DNA of 49,078 bases, the filler included, from Catajapyx aquilonaris (taxonomy: Eukaryota), in assembly GCA_000934665.2 (NCBI GenBank). It is 2 parts of 2 records of this genome, joined end to end, with 100 filler letters (N's around TTAATTAATTAA, not from the genome) between each part and the next. Parts side by side here need not be neighbours in the genome. Positions count along the whole stretch, not along the records: positions 24,673 to 49,078 come from JYFJ02005514.1; 1 more part is not named here. One strand, 5' to 3'. A model generated the notes under the pieces. It made no database searches and was not told where the DNA came from. It saw only the letters and a program-made list of their open reading frames with translations. Made by a program: the position numbers and the translations under genes. Below, piece by piece: positions 37,322-49,078 of the stretch (within the stretch, counting starts at the first letter, position 1; each line of letters begins with the position of its first letter).

Positions 37322-37866
37322 CCATTAACTAGCATCGTGGGGGTCTTGTTTGACCCCAAGCGTGTCACGTAACTAATTAATCAAGAGGCAAATGCTTTTG
37401 TGTATTCCTCAAATATACTTTTGCCTATGTGTTAATATCCTTGAAATCGGGGGGAAAATAACCCTCAAAGAACAGCTATAATGCAGGTGAGGTGCATCTG
37501 TAGAGTACGTAAAGGTGGGCCTAGGCGATATAGTATACTTTTATATGTACTTTTGATGATGATAATTGCACCTCATTTTATGTAGAGGACATATGTTCAT
37601 CTTTGGGAATTTCTACATATTGAGCACACGTAGAAATTCTCAGCACTATACGTTGCTGCTGAGGTGTCTATAATTATACACATTTAAGTTGCACAGTTTT
37701 AAATCAATCGCGTTTTGTATAAGTATTTCATTATTTACTCATTAAGGTTTATGTGAGCTTATTTTAACATGAATAGGAAATTAATTATAATGAAATTATT
37801 GCCTGGGGTCACAAAAGACCCCACGATACTAATTATGTTGATTATATTGACAATACTACTTAAGGG
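37322..37866. mobile_element. piggyBac-like MITE
   Basis: TTAA|ccattaactag ... ctacttaaggg|TTAA, with subterminal inverted repeats atcgtgggggtcttgtttgacccca / tggggtcacaaaagaccccacgat. Confidence 0.75.
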
Positions 37867-38818
37867 TTAAAGGGTTTGGAAAAAGGACACAGTTTATGTG
37901 GTTGCATGTGCATGATATTTAAAAACTTTCGTGGTCCAATGAAGTGTTGCCTACAGTTTGGTTGTCGATAAATAATATTCTTATGGTGTGACACCCGTCA
38001 ATCACAAATGGAGTTTCATAAAGTGACTAATAATGGCCACAATGCTTCTACTCATGGATAGACTGCCCATACACAATGCTGACAATGCGTCAATTTGCAT
38101 AATATTGCTGATCAGACATTCTAGTAAGGCCTTAAATGTCGAGCTGCTTGGTGATGTGCATTTCTGTCTGAACATGTTGAAGACTGGGCTGTGGCCTTGA
38201 CCTCACTGCTATTTATGTAACAACAGTGATATCTGGATGGCTGGGTTAGGTGTTGTGCCACATTGGGGCCAGGCAGAAGAGTCCCAATGTTATTCGTTAC
38301 AGCTACCTCAACGGATGTGCATATCTCAAGATAATCACTGACTTTCTGTGTGTCAGGAATAAATGAAATTGTCATCAGAGTAGGTAGCACTATTGCATCA
38401 GCCACACAAATATTGATTGCTCTGATTACATGTACTATTGGCACAGTTTTATACGGGTGCTCTCCCAGAAGAAATCCATTATTTAAGTGTCAGGTGTATT
38501 GTGCTGATAGTAACCTCTCTCTACAGCTAACAGTGGCATAGACAACCTTGAGACTGTGCACTCCAGTTAATGCATGTTGCATGAGTTTGCAAAGGGACAA
38601 GTTCCTCGCTGGGCAATTATGCTCTTGGTTGTGGGGGAGAAAGCAGCATACATCACGACTTACTAATGCAACAGACGCTTCCTGACGTGCACATTTGACT
38701 GGATTTTGATTCACATGCATACTGCAGCTTCCTGATAATGGATTCCAGCATGCAAAATAAGTGAATGATTTTTATTACAGGATACTGACTGTAGGGAAAG
38801 TTATATTTTGAAAAAATT

Positions 38819-41800
38819 ATGGCTGATGCAGCCAATCAACAAAGTGGACCAAGGGAAGGCCCTAGCAGTATCGAAGATAGTTTCATAAACAATGATTCCA
38901 ATGCACCTTTAGAGGTGAGTACCAGTGGGTAATATTTTTTCAGTAACTAAAAATTACATTTTATTGATAGGTGCCAGATTCAGCAAAGACTCCTCCAGTG
39001 ACTGCAGAGGAACTCCAAAATGCAGTTCATTCTTGGCTCAGCGGAAAGGAGAAACTTCCAAATCCCAAAATCATAACCCATCCAATGTAAGATACTGTTT
39101 TTGTCTCGAGGATCATACACTACAAGTGAACAATTCTAATTAATTTGATTCCACATTTACAGTCTGCCTGCGGCTGGAGAAAGAAACATATTGGTTACCT
39201 CCTCCCTCCCGTATGTGAATAATGTGCCGCATCTGGGAAACATCATTGGATGCGTGCTTTCAGCTGATGTGTTCTCTCGGTAAGTGAGAGTAAGCTTTGT
39301 GATATAATGTCAATGTAATATTCAGAGTTTTGGAATAACTTCCTCACAGAATCAGTGACTGTGTGGGTCAGTGTCAGATCATATTGCAATAATTGCAGTG
39401 ACAAAAGATTTGTGCGTAATTAGGTCTGCGAGGTATGAAAATGTGAAATTAAGATAGAGAAGTTGCAATTATTTTTTCAAATAGATGCAGAGATTTGATA
39501 ATAGTTAAGGATTTTTTTCTTGTCAATCCAGAAAATGTGCACATTTTAAGAGTTGTATGCTGTTCACTGCATTTCAAGAAACAAACATTTTTGTTTCCTG
39601 AAAGAGGTCAACAATTCCTCCAGTTGTAATTTAATGCAAATCTTTATTTTAGATTCATTTTGGTAGGCCATTCTTAACTGCACAGTACAGTATTTTGTTG
39701 GCAATAAAGCCAAATGTTCGTTGGATTCTTGGATGTGTTAATTAATTTCTCGTTTCAGGTATTGCCGGTTGAGGAACTACAATGTGCTGTACATATGTGG
39801 CACTGATGAGTACGGGACAGCTACGGAGACAAAAGCTGTGGAGGAAGGGATAAGTCCAAAGGAGATTTGCGACAAGTATTACAAGATGCACTATGACATC
39901 TACAAATGGTTCAACATCCAGTTTGACCATTTTGGAAGGACAACTACTCCAGAGCAGACTAAGTAAAGCATGCTGAACGTTTCAGAAATTTTGAACTGCT
40001 TGATATGCAGAGTATTTAATTTGGAGATTTTTTCTTTCTAGAGCTTCCCAAGACATTTTTTGGAAGCTTCATGAAAATGGCTACATCCTGAAAGACAAAA
40101 TGGACCAATATTACTGTGACAAGTGTTCCAGGTAAAACATTGTGGCTTGAATTCTGTGTTATGTCGGAGACATGCCACTGCTGTTTATTAATTGCACCAT
40201 CTTGTTTCAAAAGATTTTTGGCAGATCGATTTGTGGAGGGAATATGCCCATTCTGCCAGTACGTAGATGCTAGAGGTGACCAATGTGACAAGTGTGGGAA
40301 GCTGATTAACGCGATTGAGCTGAAGTCACCACGATGCAAAGTGTGCAATGCTTCACCATCTGTGAAGAGTTCTAACCACTTATTTATTGACTTGCCACAG
40401 GTAATGGCATTGTATTTACTGCCAAATTTTTGTGTCTTACGTGCTACTGTTGCAGATTGAGCCCAATCTTCGTGACTGGATTTCATCTGCCTCGAAAGGG
40501 TGGTCCTCTAATGCAGTCAACATTTCAAAGTCCTGGATCAAGGACGGCCTGAAGCCTCGATGCATCACTCGTGACCTCAAATGGGGTACTCAAGTTCCCT
40601 TGGAGGGCTACCAAGACAAAGTGTTTTATGTGTGGTTTGATGCTCCCATTGGCTACATCAGCATCCTGGCCAACTACATCAAGGAATGGTCAGGTCAAGA
40701 ATGGGAGACTGGAGAATGGGAGAAGTGGTGGAAGAATCCAGAGCAAGTTACCCACTATGAGTTCATGGCAAAGGACAATGTGCCATTTCATGGGGTCATC
40801 TTTCCCTGCACCCAGATTGGAACACATGATGATTACACAATGGTTGAACACCTGATGGCTGTCGGTGAGTTTGCATGGCTGACATCTATTTCTTTATTTA
40901 GAATGTGATGATTGAGGAAGGCTGAAGCATTTTGGAATGCAAAAAAAAGCATTCTATTAATCAATGTTACTGCGGCTGCTTTGAAATTACAGGATTTTCT
41001 GTATGAAATAAATCCAAATTAAATGTCCATATCACGTGACTTTGCACAGAAAGCATTTCTTAAAAATCAGCTCTTATACAAGTAGATGGGCTAATCAAGC
41101 CTTCAACTCGTCTTTTCTAGAGTATCTGAACTATGAAGACGGAAAGTTCTCAAAGAGTAGAGGTGTTGGTGTGTTTGGGAATGATGCCCAGGACACTGGA
41201 ATCTCAAGTGATGTGTGGCGATTCTACCTTCTGTATCTTCGACCTGAGAGTCAGGATTCAGCATTCTCATGGTCCGACCTCATGCTGAAGAACAATTCAG
41301 AGCTGCTGAACAACCTGGGAAATTTCATCAACAGGTATGGTGTTGGGCCTCTCTTCTTGAAAAATAAATGCGGTGGAAAGAAAAGCCGACTGACATTCAC
41401 ACTTGATATTTTCAGAGCCCTGATGTTTTTGGAGAAATTCTTTGACAGCAAGATTCCCCTGATGAATCTTACAAGTGAAGACATAAGTCTCATTGCCTAT
41501 GTCAATCGTGACTTGCAAGCATACATTGAGCTCCTGGAGAAGGCTCGACTCCGAGATGCCATTAGGCATTTGCTCAATATCTCCAGGCTTGGAAACCAAT
41601 ACATGCAGTTTCAGAAGCCCTGGGTGCTTGTGAAGGGGACAGAAGAGGAAAGGTATGATCAAGTTCACTATAAATTGCACTCTCTGTTGCAAATAGTTAG
41701 GAATATGTTTATTGCATTTGAGGGAAAGTTGCATGTGTCATTTATGGAGTCATGTTGGTACAAACTACAAGTACAGATAAATTGTAAGCAAGATGTTCAT

Positions 41801-42460
41801 AATTATTTTTATGAGGAGGTCCAAATTGCTAATTTATGGGGTTGAGGAATAATTACTAATTCTAATATGTTTTATTCTGAACAGATTGCAGGCTGGGACT
41901 ACGATAGGCTTGTGCGCTAATATATCATGCTTGCTGTCCGTGATGCTCCGTCCCTACATGCCGAATGTGTCTGAGACCATCCAGAGGCAACTGAAAGCAT
42001 CTGAAACCTGTAACATTCTGAGCGAGCACCTTGTTTGCCATCTGCCAATTGGCCATGAAATTGGGAAGCCAAGTCCACTTTTCCAGAAGATAGATCCTAA
42101 GCATGTGGAGGAGCTCAGGAAGCGCTTTGCTGGACGTCAGAAGTCAGCCTCACCTGAGAAAGAGGCAGAGAAGCGGCCTAAGAAGAATCCTGCTACACCA
42201 GAGGAGATAGAACGCTTGGCTCAGCAGGTGGAAAAACAGGTATACATTTGTTACTGTCTTAGTACAAATGAGTAGACTAACTAAGTGCTTCTTGTCAGGG
42301 TGGTGTTGTACGAAAGGCGAAAGAAAATAAGGCAGCCAAGGATGTGATTGACCAAGAAATTGCAAGGCTGTTGGCACTTAAATGTCAGCTCAACATTGCT
42401 GAGGGCAAGGATCCATTAGATGTTGCGAAGGGAAAGAAGAAGGGAAAGAAGAAGGCTTAA
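38819..42460 (+). CDS. MARS1: Methionine--tRNA ligase, cytoplasmic
   Basis: Exons 38819-38914, 38971-39086, 39163-39279, 39759-39962, 40042-40131, 40214-40400, 40456-40864, 41121-41334, 41416-41652, 41885-42239, 42299-42460. [14 protein letters not shown] (HIGH), CGTDEYG, four CxxC Zn knuckles, [16 protein letters not shown] (KMSKS), C-terminal WHEP domain and Lys tail. Start uncertain (in-frame acceptor at 38794). Confidence 0.96.
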
Positions 42461-43766
42461 ATTAAGAGTTTCCAAGAAATATTCTAATCATCTACATCAG
42501 AGGTGTTAAATATTACTGCTTCCACATGGATTGAGTGTCCTGCGTTGTCCAACTGGGCTACGTGTTACTTTGGTGTGTATTTGTATCTTGTTCAGTTCCT
42601 TTTGCACGTGAACTAATTTCAGTTGTGTCAAACGTTGTTTGAAGGGATGATGCCAGATATAAATATCTGAACCATACTTTATTCAATAGATATCCTTGAA
42701 TCAAACAGAACAGATAATGTTGCCACAGCAGCACCAGCTTTTGTGGATTTTATTTCGACTCCTCTATGCCTGATTTGCTCCAACCTTGTAGTGGAAGCAT
42801 TGCCTCTTTTCTCCCTCATGCCAGTCATGTTTGTTTGATTGGGAAGGAACCAAAGAAACTATACCTATCTGACTGTCTTATGTACGCATCAGGTATGCGT
42901 CCTACACCAGTTATGAATAAAAATCATGTACATCCATGTACGTGACATGCTGGCTGGCTGGAAGAAATCGGTGGCGCTTCCATTTCAAATGTTGGAACAG
43001 ATTAGCTATAGTTGATCAGTATTTCTTGTTATTGCCATGTATGGTGCAAAGTCTTCAGGAACCACGCAGAACACCTAATGTTAAAATTTCAGAGTGGGCT
43101 GCCTTAGTATGCAAACAAATACATTTTTTACTCCCAAAATTATTTATCACAGTGGGGCATTTTAAACTTTTCTAATTTACGTGATACACAAATAAGCAAT
43201 TAGGGCCAATTATGTCAGAGCAAAGCAGGATTAGCAATACATAATCTGACAAGCAGAGATCCTTTCCCTATTTGCGTTCATGCAACCAGGCCTTCTTTTC
43301 GTAAAACTGTACATTTTTGTTCATCTGTTGGTGTAACTTTGTCAACCAATGTGTTGCTATGACCTGGCATGTGCATAAGTCTCCCAGCTGTACACCTGTA
43401 CCTATGTGTTCTGAGTGGCTGCTGTCTTCTACTGTGTCAGAGTTACGGCGACCCGACCATAAAGGCCCCGCGCCAATGCTGTCTGCTACTGACAAGTGAA
43501 TCCTCTCATACTTCCTCAAAGCATTGGTATTTTTCTGCAGTTTTCTTTCTTTTTTGTGTCTCAAGTGCTCTTTTAAAAAATGCCATTACAAGATCATAAA
43601 TCTTTCTGCCCAGGCTTTTGTTTAAGTGAAAATGGTATTTCCATTTTGTAACCCATGAATAAATCAGGTGTGGCCACAGGTAATTTCTCTACAATAATGA
43701 GCTTTGAGGAAAATTGCCTGTGTTAACCCAGATATGCCTGGATGATTTAATTTAATTTATAGGGGA

Positions 43767-43773
43767 TGGTTGG

Positions 43774-43809
<36 letters not shown>

Positions 43810-43990
43810 GAAGGAGCCACAACTATGGCTATCTGGCTATTAGAAGATAGAAAGGTGGGACAGATGAAACCGAAGAGAAAAATGAAGAGAGGAAAGAATT
43901 TCATCTCTCTTGTGTCCTACCCCAAAGACCTGTCCTGTTTGGGAGATCCTGCCAGTTGATGAAGCTACCACGGGCATAGTGCTTGGGGGG
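43767..43990 (-). repeat. (GATT)n microsatellite with adjacent retroposon-like remnant
   Basis: (GATT)n at ~43775-43807; 43926-43985 gacctgtcctgtttgggagatcctgccagttgatgaagctaccacgggcatagtgc resembles, from memory, the antisense of an RTE-type 5' region. Confidence 0.35.
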
Positions 43991-45311
43991 TGGGGAGACA
44001 ACAACGATAGGAATACATATGGGTTAATTATGGAAACACCAGGGACAATGCCAATGTAAACAACTCAGCCCAGCTGGATCATGATGAATGTCTCCTAAAT
44101 AACTTGGCATTTTTATTTTTATTTTTCTGAACCCATCCATTGTACATAATGGTTTATTACCAGTTTTCCCAATGCCAATCAATTTAATGTAGCTTTGTAA
44201 CACAGCAACTACATTGAAACATTGTGTCCAGCATAGTCGACAGCAAGCCAGCAGCTACCCAAAGGGCAGTGTTGGAAAACAATTATGTTAAAATTGGTTC
44301 ACAGAAGAGTCATGGCAGGTGACCATACAAAAGGGACATACCGTCAGTACTCTGGTGTGTACTGTATGATTGGTAGATATGTCCGGTAATGTTGTTTTAT
44401 ATGTTGTTGTAATTGGAGATTTATGTGACATAATGTCCATTGAATGTGTTACACCACTCTTATTTGTTGTGAATGATGTTGACTTTAAACTAATGCATGC
44501 AAGAGGAGCTACACTGACTTTATTTCATGAAATACTGGACCCCCATGTACTGTTCTGGACAAAAGATTTGATTGGCTGGATGTATTAGTGTGGTTTATTG
44601 GTGGACCAATGCAAATAAGGCCATAAGTCATGGCTTGGTTGCAGGTATCACGTAGCAAAACTGTACAGTGGCTTCCAACAACTGGCATCCACTGGCTATT
44701 GTGTGATTGATCTTTCCATGACCACTTTAAAATCTTTTTTTTTTCACTCAAATGCAGTACCTACCCACACATTATTATTTATCATCACTGGGAACTTTTT
44801 ATATTCTTACACCACTGTTTAGTTGTCAGGAATTGTGTAAATCCACAACACATGCATTACCACCCCAATATTTGTGCACTATATCGCTCAAAAAGATAAA
44901 GAGACCATTTTGCATTGAAACCAAATGCAAAATCATCTCCATCGTTTAAAGCGATGTATACATGTGCAACTGTTCACAATGTTAACATTGACTCTGTTTC
45001 ATAAAGATTCAATTTTGTGTATTAAAATCTGTGAAGGATATGATCATTGTGAACTGTGTTGTGCTTCTTAGCAATGTATTTATTGTTGAGTGTAGGCATC
45101 TGCATCTCTAGGCCATGGCCTAAAATGAAAATGTTCAGTTTTTTGTCTCAAGATGAATGTAAAATTCACTGGTTTCTTAATATTTCCCAAGGCTCTTTTT
45201 CTATCCATTTGTCAAGTTCCTCCAGGCACTGGAGGCCAGCTGAACATGTGAAGATGTGTCAAACACACCAGCAATATAGAAATTTCTATGACTTATAATT
45301 ATTTGCATTAA

Positions 45312-45476
45312 GGTGCGTTTACATGTGAGGGATTTGGCAAGTGAAGTAACCAGTATTGTTTGAGATGAAAGTAACAATCGATTTTCGCCTCAAACAATAC
45401 CGTTACTTGGGTTACTCAGCGATGTTACTGCATGGCGATGACATCGCTTGTCAAATTGCTCACATGTAAAGGCACC
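45312..45476. mobile_element. PIF/Harbinger-like MITE
   Basis: TAA|ggtgcgtttacatgtgagggatttggcaag ... cttgtcaaattgctcacatgtaaaggcacc; inner inverted pair gtattgtttgag/ctcaaacaatac. Confidence 0.7.
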
Positions 45477-46236
45477 TTGATTGAGGACTGGTCCCACAAA
45501 ATTCAGTAAACAAATCAATATAATGGTCACAATATTTCATCAATGTGTACTACCACCTCTAGTCAAAAGTATTGCCTAGAAACGATAACAGTGCTAAAAC
45601 ATGAGTAATATGAATGCAGTGTATGCTATGATTTTTTTTAATGTCCAACTGACATCAGTATTGGTCTCATTGCTAACCAAGTTACAATAACAATGGCGTG
45701 ATGTCATTTGGGCCCCATGAAAACTGGATTGTAGCTTACAATGTAGGGCAGAAACATTGAACAAAGCAACATAATATGAAGGAAATAGTGAACAATTTTT
45801 ATAACAATGTGGAATTATAAGGATTTATGGAATAAAGCAACAAGGATGGGCAAAAGTGCTGCGTTTGTCAGTTTATCGTGCCTAAGTGTTGAACTGGAGT
45901 CTGATGTGGAGGCCCCAAATATTTGAAAAATGTACCTGCTGCAGTCTTGCCTGCTTTCTTGGGGAATCTTTGAAGGACATATTTGCAAGGACGTATCAGA
46001 TGGCATTACATATGCTTTTAATGTGTAAAATCTTTTTTGTAACCCATCTGTCACATTTTTTTTTCTTTCTATTGATAATGATAACACATGCAGATAACCA
46101 TTATTGATATATTGGTAAGTGATGCCAAAAAAATGCAGTTTACGTAGAAAATGCTTGGCAAAAATAACTGGTGGTAAGAAAGGAAGAAGGTGAACAACTA
46201 TTTGGTAGGCCAGGTTAATCCAATATGGTAACACAA

Positions 46237-46489
46237 GGGCGACACGGTGGCGGCGGGGTTAGCGCTGCAGCCTTCCACCTCTAAGGTCCCGAGTTCGATC
46301 CCCGGGTCGGACGGAGGATACTTATGTGGATAGAGTTTCGATGGGTTCTCTCCGTGTTCGCGTGGGTTTTCTCGGGGTTCTCCCGTTTCCTCTCACTATC
46401 AAAATCCATCACATTACAGGCAAATGATTATAGTCGGTTATTCAAAAGATGATCCCCTAAGAGGCCCAAGGGGCCTATCACGGGGTATC

Positions 46490-46529
<40 letters not shown>
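46237..46529 (+). mobile_element. Full-length tRNA-derived SINE with V-domain-like core and (ATT)n tail
   Basis: A box TGGCGGCGGGG, B box GAGTTCGATCC, core gttctctccgtgttcgcgtgggttttctcggggttctcccgtttcctctcac, 3' hairpin, (ATT)13 tail; perfect 14-bp TSD atatggtaacacaa at 46223-46236 and 46530-46543. Confidence 0.92.
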
Positions 46530-46533
<4 letters not shown>

Positions 46534-48173
46534 GGTAACACAAATCAGTTGATGTCGGTCACCATTTAGAATCATGGTCTTGTTAGAATACACATTACGT
46601 GATCATGAAGCAGTGGTCCTCGTGATTACCCTGGGAAATCGTAGTCCATGTACCAACTAAAATATCAGTCGGCTAAGGTAATTCTTCTCGATCAATAGGC
46701 CTATTTTATCTCTAGAAAAGTGCAGCAGCATTTAAGATTACATTCATATTGGCGCCAAAAAGTCGCGCAATGTTGCTAATGCAGCATCACAAAGGAAAGA
46801 CTCATCCAACATTTCAAAATGCATATTATATTCCGCCTATATTCCCTGTTGATTTAGCAATGAACATAATATATTGACCGAATTTAAGGCGAATTAAAAT
46901 CACTGCTGTTCAGCAGACGGACTTATCTTTGTCTGTGCTTCTCTGTTGGCAACCCTGCCCGGCTTTCGAACGGCCAAACGGGCTTTTGTCTGGCGTGGTG
47001 GACATTCCTCTCCGCGGATTTGGTCGGCGTGTGCCTGTCTGCCTTGGCTCCAGTCGGACTGCCCTTGTGGTCAGCAGAGTCGCAGGCTTGGATTCGGAAG
47101 GGACGCAAGGAAGGACACCCTCTGCGACCACACTCCTGAATAAGCCAGGAAACACCGAGGTATAGTAATGGCTCATTTGTGGTCCCCCAGGGAAACCTGT
47201 CCCGGAGTTAAAATAAATAATTGATTGGTTCATATGTGGTCAGGCGGCGGTGTTTGGGGATAATTTATTGGCAGAGAATATATTGTGAAAATTAATATCA
47301 ATGACAACGGCATGTTACCACCGCCTATCCATCTAACCCTATTTGCTGAGCCACAAGGTAAAAATTTCACAATGGATACATTTCCAGTCCACACAAGTTT
47401 CACAGTATTGTATTCATGTCTTCTGTCATCCGCCATTATAATAATGTTATGCAGAATTAGAATAATTTTTCCCCCGCGTTATTATGTGGATATTGCGTGA
47501 TTTTGTTTGTTTGCGTTCCTTTTCAAGTGTTGACAGCTGGTCTGACCTCTCCCAGAGAGGAATCAAGTAGGTGTCACCAGAGATGTCTCTCATTCACATT
47601 CTGGTAGATAAGGAAGAACTACCAGAGGGCAAAGTGACCTCCACAAACAACAAGGACAAGGTGGGAGCCAGCAACATTTGCTCTGCATTTACGTAACCAC
47701 TTTTGCACTTATGTACAGTGCTGGTTGCTGCCAGTGACATTAGCTGCAGCGGCAAAAGAGCAAACCTGATCGGACCGATGAATAAGATAGGTCCAATCAT
47801 GTCCGCTCTTTCGCCGCTACGGCTCATGCCGTTGACAGTACTTGACCATTAATGTCCATCACTGTACAGTATTGTAGACGGTATTCAGGTTGCCAACTAA
47901 ATTGTTGGTGCTGATAATGGTAGGCTCTTGTACAGGCCGACTTCAAGCTGCCATGTGTAATTTATTGTTAGTGAAATTTAGAGATTTTTAAACAGTTACA
48001 ATAAAAGCTGTATGTTACAACTTTCCACTATACAGTATAAAATCATTCAATGTTCACCCTTCTTGGACGCAATACGAATTCATGAGTTAATCACTAACAT
48101 TATCAGTTGTGATGCATGCCTTTCACAGTAAATAGTATTTATTTATGTCATTTCCAAATTCTGCTATATTATA

Positions 48174-48367
48174 CAGGGTGATCCAACTCTATGGCACCAA
48201 CAGTTATTGGAAAAATCGCGCAAGCTGCTTGTTTATAAGCAGGTCGTTGCTAAGAGGTGCTATTCCTGATACTCTAGAAAGTATCTCTTAGCAACAACCT
48301 GCTTATAAACAAGTAGCTTGCGCGATTTCTCCAATAACTGTTGGTACCATAGAGTTGGATCACCCTG
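48174..48367. mobile_element. Tc1/mariner-type MITE
   Basis: TA|cagggtgatccaactctatgg...ccatagagttggatcaccctg|TA; ~85-bp near-perfect inverted arms. Confidence 0.88.
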
Positions 48368-48380
48368 TATATTGTATATA

Positions 48381-48702
48381 CAGTGCTGGACAAATTAGCC
48401 GTCGCTGAATTTTTTTTCCGGCGGCGGCGTTGCCTGGCAACCCCGTCTGGCAGGCCAATTAAAACATCAGCCCATGGAGAGCGCTTCCATTGTTGCCACT
48501 GTTTACAAATCAAGTGAGTGAGTGCGCAGGCAGAAGAGACCTGTCGCTGGGGCGTCCGCGTCACTCACTCGATTTGTAAACAGTGGCAACAATGGAAGCA
48601 CTCTCCATATGCTAATGTTTGAATTGGCCCGCCGGACGGAGTTGCCAGGTAATGCCGCCGCTGGAAAAAAACATTCAGCGACGGCTAATATGTACAGCAC
48701 TG
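48381..48702. mobile_element. CAGT-ended MITE with ~145-bp inverted arms
   Basis: cagtgctggacaaattagccgtcgctgaat ... attcagcgacggctaatatgtacagcactg; related copies at 24673 and inside both arms of 30819-33679. Confidence 0.85.
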
Positions 48703-48842
48703 TGCCTAGAGGAGGCACTCAGGCTGAAATGTGAGGCAGGCAACAATGCAGGCAACAATATTACCTCCGTCAGGATGGTGGACGCCTGACATTATTGAAC
48801 TAATTGTCGTCCCAGTTGTCATAAAAGAGTTCTGCTATATTA

Positions 48843-48933
48843 GGCGTATTCGGCAATTCAGATTTTTCTGAGATGCGTCACGTGATATCTGAGTTGTTAC
48901 CCCTGCCCCTCAGAAGATTATTGCCGAACGGCC
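48843..48933. mobile_element. Small Harbinger-like MITE
   Basis: ggcgtattcggcaat ... attgccgaacggcc inverted termini with inner ttctgag/ctcagaa. Confidence 0.45.
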
Positions 48934-49078
48934 GAACTGAGAGACGCCCCTACCCGCCTGTGCTGCATCCCAGTGATATGACAATGTTCGGGTATTTCGG
49001 TGCCGTATTTCGGACGCTTGCGGGTAATGGTGCGGGTAAAATGAAAATGCGGGTAAAATCGGGTATTTTCAGGTCCTC

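Noticed and set aside
40902..40932. Intronic C/D-box snoRNA (GTGATGA...CTGA with terminal stem)
   Set aside because: Only ~30 nt, too short to hold a guide.
46237..46312. tRNA gene
   Set aside because: It is the head of a SINE: followed by a core, an (ATT)n tail and flanked by TSDs, with no clean cloverleaf.
46910..47827. GC-richer minus-strand ORFs (107 and 77 aa) as a possible gene
   Set aside because: No recognisable domain and no consistent splice chain could be built; cannot be excluded without RNA data.

Overview
Eukaryotic, intron-rich animal DNA (the proteins look arthropod-like), not prokaryotic. The window is two contigs joined by an artificial 100-nt linker (44 N + TTAATTAATTAA + 44 N, 24573-24672), so synteny across it is not established. 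Left contig, all + strand: LIM-domain-binding protein (Chip/LDB, 5' end off-window), PLPBP/PROSC, an unrecognised 6-exon secreted protein (signal peptide, Cys/Arg-rich domain, ~415-aa acidic Glu/Pro/Ala repeat), GOLGA7 with a textbook U12-type minor intron, a 92-bp palindrome-built tandem array, and the PDZ-PTB exon of RGS12/loco (rest cut off). Right contig: NAA25 (NatB auxiliary subunit, 11 exons), a 2.9-kb inverted-repeat composite element, a PRR11-like gene (- strand), cytosolic methionyl-tRNA synthetase MARS1, a young V-type tRNA-SINE with a 14-bp TSD, and many MITEs. Gene models were spliced by eye from GT-AG sites and phase; homology calls are from recalled sequences, not database searches.
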